From contig MEDY01000033.1 of assembly GCA_001724265.1 (NCBI GenBank), forward strand, positions 62,001 to 126,000: 64,000 nucleotides of DNA. The letters are read 5' to 3'. Shown here piece by piece: positions 57,101-64,000 of this stretch (positions are counted from its first letter, which is position 1; every line of letters begins with the position of its first letter). The notes under the pieces were generated by a model, which was given only the letters and a program-made list of their open reading frames with translations, was not told the DNA's origin and made no database searches. The DNA comes from Rhizaria sp. SCN 62-66. Lineage: Eukaryota. Both the position numbers and the translations under genes were made by a program.

Positions 57101-58561
57101 AGTGTTCGCCCCCGGACTCGCACCCATGTTTGCACTCTCGCTCATGTGATCATTCACGCGAGCAGCTGCAACGTTGCTGATCCCACTGTTCTTGCTTGGA
57201 GCAGGTACGAACGCACCGTCGCTCCCGCCGGCAGCGCCGGTGCTCGCCGCGGCGCTGTTGCTAGCGCCCGCAGTGCTGTGGCTGCTGCTAGTGCGCTCGA
57301 GCTGCGTGTACCGGCTGCTCATCGCGGCCAGCGACGTGGCGGACCGGTGGCGTGCGTGTGCTAGCGCCGTCACCAGCGCGCGCGCGGGGCCCAGCGGGTC
57401 CGCGCCGGGGGAGCCCATCGCGGCGCCCGCAGCTGCGGCGGCCGCGGCGCCCGCAGCGGCCGCGGCGCTAGCGCCAGGGGACAGGAGGCTCTCTTGTTGA
57501 CTGCCGTTGCCAGAGCCAGTGCCAGCGCCAGAGCCGTTATTCCCACTCGCTGCAGCGCCGTTGCCTGTGGCGGTAGAATGATGCGCGTCGTTGCTGCTGC
57601 TCTGATCCCGTGCGCTGCCACTGCCACTGTTGCTCTGATTAAACGGATTACCTCTGATGCCACCACTGAGCGACTTGGGGCTGCGCGGCGGGCTCCCTGG
57701 CGGCGCGTACCCACCGTGACTGTGACCGTGGGCGTGGCTGTGTGCGAGCGCGAGCATGTGCGCCTGCGACTGGCTGTGCGCAAGCCCGTATGCGTTGAGC
57801 GCGCTCGCGTGCGACGACAGTGTGAGCGGGAACAGCGGCGGCGCGGCCGACGTGGCTGCGGTCGGGGGCAGGCCCGCGGCCACGGCGGCGGCGGCAGCCG
57901 CGGCGACCGAGGCCGCGGAGGCCGAGGCGGCCGCGGAGGACGGGGCCGAGAGCGCCAGCGCGAGCGCGGGGCTCATGAGTCCGCCGTTCGCGGTCGCTGT
58001 GTCGTGGGCGAGGTGAGTGGAGCTTGAGGTGGGCGATGCGATGGCGAGCGAGAGACCTTGGGGATGCTGTTGTTGCTGCTGCTGTTGCTGCTGCTGTTGC
58101 TGCTGCTGTTGTTGATGCTGGTGATGGTGCTGAGCAAACACCGAGCTGCCGTTGCCGTTGCCGTTGCTGCCGTAGGGCTGAAGGCGCGGGGAGAGCGGGG
58201 GCCCGTAGGGAATGCCGGCCAGCCCGCTGCGCCCCTGCGTTCGCGGCGACAACTGCTGCTGTGTGCTCTGCGGCTGAGCGTGACTCGACGACGACGATGA
58301 GACTGAGAGCGAGGGGTTAAGAGCAGGCATAGGGGGAGGCTGTGCGTTGGCAAGCGACGGGGACAGAGACAGTGCTCTCAAGTTGTGGTGCGGCTGCTGT
58401 TGGTGGCCATTGTGGCCATTATTGTAGTTATGGTCATTGGAGGCTGAAACGCCAGTGGAGGCTGTGATGAAGGACTCAGCGTCCGCAGCTGCGACAGCGA
58501 GGGCCGAGTGGGAGAGAGACGCAAAGGCTGAAGATGATGCCGACTGCCGCTTCGACAGCAT
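54195..58561 (-). CDS. Low-complexity N-terminus plus long C-terminal coiled coil; complement(join(54195..55289,55436..55782,55939..58561)), ~1354 aa; start uncertain
   Basis: Two GTACGT..AG introns join three ORFs in frame. Heptad-like E/K/A/L C-terminus and poly-Gln tracts. Ends TAA. Confidence 0.75.
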
Positions 58562-59453
58562 AGCGACAGGAGCGGAGCAGCGGGTGCTGTGTTCTTCCTT
58601 GCTTGTTGTTGTGACTTGGGTGGTTTCGTGCGACTGAAACGAGAACAAAATAGGCAGTACCAAAATGAGACCTCCGTGCATAGAAAAGATAAATCTGCAA
58701 CAAACTACTCGCGGTTCGAATTAACAGAAAATTAAATAAAATATCAATAATGTTTTGAATCGATCGTGATGCACCCTCATTTCTACTTCGCGAGAGCTGT
58801 TTCTGTCTTGCTGTGGGTCGTGGGAGCGGTTCGTAAAAATGGTTGCTTTTTCGTGACCGGCCGGTGGCTGTTTTTGAAAGTAAGGGCCGCAGTTCGAACG
58901 AAAACGCCTCGAGGCGCGCTCGCGATTGCTCCCTGTGATCGACGCATCGATATATAACACTCCAGGGTTGGTGGTATAGCAAGTAGAGATCTTTAACTAT
59001 TTGGGAATTTATATGTGTGACCTAGATCGCCCAGGATCATGGCGCACCAGAGGCTGTGTATCTGGCAATGGTTCGCGAGCCAACAACGGTCTTCACGTAT
59101 CTCGATTTTGTCCAACACGGACTTCCTCAACCTCGTTATGAATTCGTACAGCCAGCATACTGAATAACTGTGCTTCTAGATTGCTCTGCGAAAGTTTTAT
59201 CCGCTCACTCGTTGATATTCCCTCTCCCTTTTTGCTTGCTTTGATTCGACCTCGTGCCAACTCCTCGGCCGCCCGGCATCCGAACAATTCCTCATATCTG
59301 CCCTCGATTTCGTCCACACTGCGTCTCAACAATAGACGCACTAAGAGCACGAGCGAGCGTAATAGCTGTCTGTTCCGACCCTTTGTGCAAATCCCCCCAC
59401 ATCTTCTCTTGTTGAACCCCAAGTCAGTAGAGAACCCCCAGTAAGACACCACC

Positions 59454-61201
59454 ATGTCTGCTTCCACCACCACCAAGGAAATGGCGTTCAACACCAACTC
59501 CAAGGGCGTCTCCGTGCGTGAGTCCAACATTCTCGCCGCGCGCGCCGTGGCCGACATCGTCCGCACCTCGCTCGGCCCCCGCGGCATGGACAAGATGATG
59601 ACTGGCCCCGACGGCCAGCACATCATCACCAACGACGGCGCCACCATCCTCGCCAAGATCGAGACCTCCCACCCCGCCGCCAAGATGGTACGTTCTTCCC
59701 TTTATCCCCTGCGCAAAAGACTTGCTATTCTTTGCTCTTCAAACCTGCTTGATTTTTGCTCTACCGCTTCCCTCTGACCGAACCTAGACTCATAGAGACT
59801 CACACACACTTGCTTTCCTCTTGCTTTCTCTCTCTCTCTCTCTTCTAGCTCGTGGACCTGTCCAAGGCGCAGGATGTCGAGGCCGGCGACGGCACGACCT
59901 CCGTTGTCGTCCTCGCGGGCGCGCTGCTGGGCGCGGCGCAGGAGCTGCTCGAGAAGGGCATCCACCCCGCCGTCATCTCCAACGCCTGGGCACTCGCGCT
60001 CGAGAAGTCGGAGGAGGTGCTCACGTCCATCGCCGTCCCCGTCAACCTCGCGGACAAGGAAGAGCTCATCAAGGCCGCTGTGACCTCGCTCAACTCCAAG
60101 GTCATCTCGGCCAACTCTGACATCCTGGCGCCGCTGGCCGTCGAGGCCGTGCTGCGCGTCATCGACCCCGCCACCGCGGTCAACGTCGACCTCAACCAGA
60201 TTAAGGTCGTGGGCAAGCTTGGCGGCACGCTCGAGGACACTGAGCTCGTCGACGGGCTCGTCTTCTCCCAGGGCGCCGTGCACGCCGCGGGCGGCCCGTC
60301 CCAGATCGAGAAGGCCAAGATCGGCCTCATCCAGTACCAGCTGTCGCCGCCCAAGACCAACATGGAGAACCAGGTCGTGGTCGAGGACTACACCCAGATC
60401 GACCGCATCCTCAAGGAGGAGCGCGCCTACATCCAGAAGCTGCTCAAGCCCATCATCAAGTCCGGCTGCAACGTGCTGCTGATCCAGAAGTCGATCCTGC
60501 GCGACGCCGTGTGCGACATGTCGCTGCACTACCTCGCCGCGCGCAAGATCATGGTCGTCAAGGACGTCGAGCGCCACGAGGTCGAGTTCATCGCCCAGTC
60601 GCTCGGCCTGCAGCCCGTGGCCGACCCCGACTCGTTCACCCCCGAGAAGCTTGGGCTCGCCGAGCTCATCACCGAGCAGTCCACGCCCTCGGGCAAGCTC
60701 ATCAAGGTCACCGGCGTGGCCAACCCCGGCAAGACGGTCTCGATCTTGTGCCGCGGGTCGAACCGCATGGTGATCGACGAGGCCGTCCGCTCCCTGCACG
60801 ACGCGCTCTGCGTCGTCCGCTGCCTCGTCAAGCACAAGTTCATGCTCGCCGGTGGCGGCGCGCCCGAGATGGCGCTGTCCGTGCACCTCTCGCGCTGGGC
60901 CGACACGCTCTCCGACGTCAATGGCTACTGCATCAAGACGTTCGCGCGCGCGCTGCAGACCGCGCCCAGCACGCTGGCCGAGAACGCGGGCATGCACCCC
61001 GTGACGATCATGACGGAGCTGTACAAGCAGCACGCCGCGGGCAACCACACGTTCGGCATCAACGTGCGCAAGAACAAGATCACGGACATCCGCGAGGAGA
61101 ACGTCATGCAGCCTCTGCTTGTGTCGCTGTCCGCCATCAAGCTCGCCGTCGAGACCTGCCGCATGATCCTCAAGATCGACGACATCGTCGGCGTCCGGTA
61201 A
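59454..61201 (+). CDS. CCT4: T-complex protein 1 subunit delta; join(59454..59687,59849..61201), ~528 aa
   Basis: [72 protein letters not shown] and LKIDDIV. Ends TAA. Confidence 0.97.
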
Positions 61202-61887
61202 AGCGACTGGCCAACGACGTTCTTGATCGGGCAAGCGACCAGCAATAACAGAAAAGAAAAGAAAAATGATGAAAAAAATGTAAAGTATGAAATGTGAGTG
61301 AGACGTTAGGTGTGCAACGCTTTGTTTCTTAGTCGGTGGCGGACTCCTCTCGCTGGGGAAGACCTGGCGAGCGGTTGCGTGCTGACGATGATGCTGCTGC
61401 GATGAGACACGCGCTGTGCGGCAACAATGGTTACGGGACAAACATTGTTTTGTTTGTTCGGTGTCATTGGTGTTAGTTTCACAAGGGATGGGTGGTGATG
61501 ATGAAAAAGAAAATGATATAAGAAGTGCGGGTTTCTCGCTGCCTCTAAAGGACAGAGGGTGCTCGTGGTAATAATATAATATTCTATATGTAAATACAAC
61601 GCAAAGATCACAAAATAACCTCCGATGTCCTCCGTATGTATGCTTTCTGGCTTCTCACTCAGCTCTCCCATCGAGCTCTCACCAGTCACTCGATCTCGAT
61701 CAGGCTCTGCTAAACGTGGAAAAGAAAGAATGATATCTCTGTCAAAGTTCCGTTACTGCATCCGTAACTCTAGGGCCGAATTAAATTGTTTATAATATGT
61801 TATCTTTCTTAATTCAGTGACCTTTTCGTTTAGTTTAGAAACTATAAACACTAGTGCGCATACGCACTCAGAGACCCGAGCGCTCTC

Positions 61888-64000
61888 ATGGTACGTATCT
61901 TCTATCATCACGCGCATGGCATCATAAATCGTTTCAACACTGGAGATGGCCTAACAACAGTGTGTATTTTGTGTTCCATTTGTGTTCCCAGTCTTCGCGC
62001 CCGCCAACCTTTAACGGTGATCCGCAGCCGCCTTCCGCAGCAGCAGCATTGCCCTCCGCTGCCAGCGTCAGCACCGCCAGCAACCCGACCGCCGCTGCCG
62101 CCGCCGCTGCATCCCTGGCCGCGTCAGTTGCTGCCGCCGCTGCGGCCCCTGCTCCTGCGACCCGCGCGGCGGCTTCTACGTACGGCTCGCGACTCTTTGG
62201 CCCCGCACTCCTCAGCAGCAGCGCCAGCAGCAGCAGCAGTCGCAATGGCAACGTCCCAACCTCCCTGCTTTCACAATCGACGAGCTCCAGCAGCCTCGGC
62301 GCGAGCGCGAGCTTCCCCTTCGGATCCGGCGCAAGCGCTGCTCCCGCGACGCGCGCCGCTGCCGTCGCCGCCGCCGCCGCCCCCATGAACCTGAACGGCA
62401 ACAACAGCTTTACCAGCAACACGAGAGCTCGCGATGACACCGCCAGCGCCAGCGCGGGGCCCGTGACCGCGGCGAGTATCGCGGCCGCCGCCGCCGCCGC
62501 CGCGAACGCCGCGCTCGACGGCGTGCGTCTGCAGGCCGTCATGAGCGACGCCGAGTACAACAACGCCGTCCGCAGCGGTGGCCCCGCAGATGGTCTCGAC
62601 GCCGCAGGCGCGGGCACGCCCGGCGTGAAGCGCGGCCGCGGCCGGCCCAAGGGCTCGGGGAGCAAGAACAAAGCGGTGCTGGACGCTAGCAGCGGCGACG
62701 GTGGTTTTGCTAACGCCCGCGCGCCGGCCGCGTTCGGGGCCGTCATCTCGGCTACACACAGCAACAGCAGCAGCAGCAGCGGCAGTCGCGGCGGCAGGGG
62801 CAGGGGCCGCGGGCGCGGACGCGGGCGCGGCAGTGCAGTCAGCGGACGCGGCGGCCGCGGTGGGAGTCCTGCCGCGGTGCGCGGCAACGTAAGTGTCAAG
62901 AACCTCAGTCTGACGACTGGCGCTGCAGGGGGCCAGAACAGCTCTGGTGGCTACAATGGTGATGACGGCGATGATGACGACGATGACTACTTTGCTAACT
63001 CCGGCAACAACAGCTTTGGCGGCTATGGCGCTGGCGACGACGGCGACGACAACGAGGACGATGACGACGACGACGGCTTTGCCTCGCTCTTTGCTCTCGG
63101 TCAGAAGTACAGCGGGGGCGCCGCGGCGGGCAACACTCCCGGCGCTGCCGCCGGCGACGCTGAAGACGACGACGCCGCCGCGATCGCGGAGTACCGTGCG
63201 TTCCTCCGCGCTCACGGCCCCGCCAAGCCCGCTCTTACCGCGTCTGCGCCCGCGCCGTCGGGTAGGCGAAGCGCGGCGGCCAGCCTGCGGAGCCCGCTCT
63301 CCGCCCCCGGCGGCAGCGCCTTGGGTGGCGGCTCGTTCGACGCCGACGACGAATATGTCGATGACGACGGCGACGACGCGGCTGTGGGTGCGGTGTTCGA
63401 CGCCGACGCGTCGATGAACTGGCGCAAGAAGTGCCGCCACAGCGTGCGGCGCGCGCCCATGCCATACACATTACACCGCGTGCTGCTCATCGCCGACGTG
63501 GCCATCTCGGCCGGGCAGCTGGTGTCGGCCGCGGCGCTACTGCTGCTGCTCATCCGCAGCGGCCCGCACGTCGAGGCCTTCTACGAGCGGCTTGCGCGGG
63601 TGCAAACGCGCCAGGGACTCGCCGCCGCCGCCGTGGGGAGCCGGCTGCTCGCGCTCAGTCTGCAGCGCACCGTCGTGCTGCTGAAGCCGGACAAGCAGGA
63701 GCGCGCGCGCCTCTTCGCCGCGGGCGCCGCGGGCGGCATGAGCACGGCGCTAGAGCACGCGCAAGAACTGGAGCTGCTCGCTGGACAGTTTCAGCAGCAC
63801 GTGCGACTGCTGCAGCAGCTGTTACTTACCCCGCTGCCGGCCATCCCGTGGACTGAGACGCCAGCGTTGCAGTCACAGACACAGGCACAGGTGCAGCAGT
63901 CGCCGAGTGTGAAGGTCGAGCTGTTAAGCTTTGACGGCAGCAGCAACACCAGCAGCAGCAATAGTGTGAGCGCGAACGCCATCTCGAGCTTCGATGCCCA
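61888..64000 (+). CDS. AT-hook protein with acidic region and TPR-like helix pair (possibly TFIIIC Tfc4/GTF3C3-like); join(61888..61890,61992..>64000), 3'-truncated
   Basis: The ATG is followed immediately by a GTACGT intron, and the frame from 61992 is open to the window end. KRGRGRPKGS at 62628-62657, RG repeats, then LHRVLLIADVAISAGQLVSAAALLLLLIRSGPHVEAFYERLARV. Confidence 0.65.

Overview
Gene-dense nuclear DNA from a microbial eukaryote. Exons are GC-rich; the spliceosomal introns (101-194 nt) and intergenic spacers are AT-rich. A PP2C of a subfamily I recall from apicomplexans hints at a SAR-group protist, but that is inference. I can build about 16 protein-coding genes: a DTW-domain tRNA-modification enzyme, a PRUNE/PPX1-like DHH phosphoesterase, PIP5K, PIG-W, an ABCA half-transporter, a giant class I cyclic-nucleotide PDE, PP2C, RtcB, DDX27/Drs1, CCT4, an AT-hook/TPR protein, and several secreted, mitochondrial or low-complexity proteins. 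The main discovery is evidence for a non-standard nuclear genetic code in which TAG is a sense codon (most likely Gln) while TAA and TGA remain stops. Five in-frame TAGs interrupt otherwise continuous coding frames in three genes (PIG-W once, PIP5K twice, PDE twice). One sits in the conserved PIG-W N-terminal KEAFV-type motif and one inside a CAG run. None of the 15 gene ends I can see uses TAG (11 TAA, 4 TGA). Secondary observations are a very strong GTACG(T) 5' splice-site consensus and large low-complexity insertions inside conserved enzyme domains. No tRNA, rRNA, CRISPR array or mobile element is supported.
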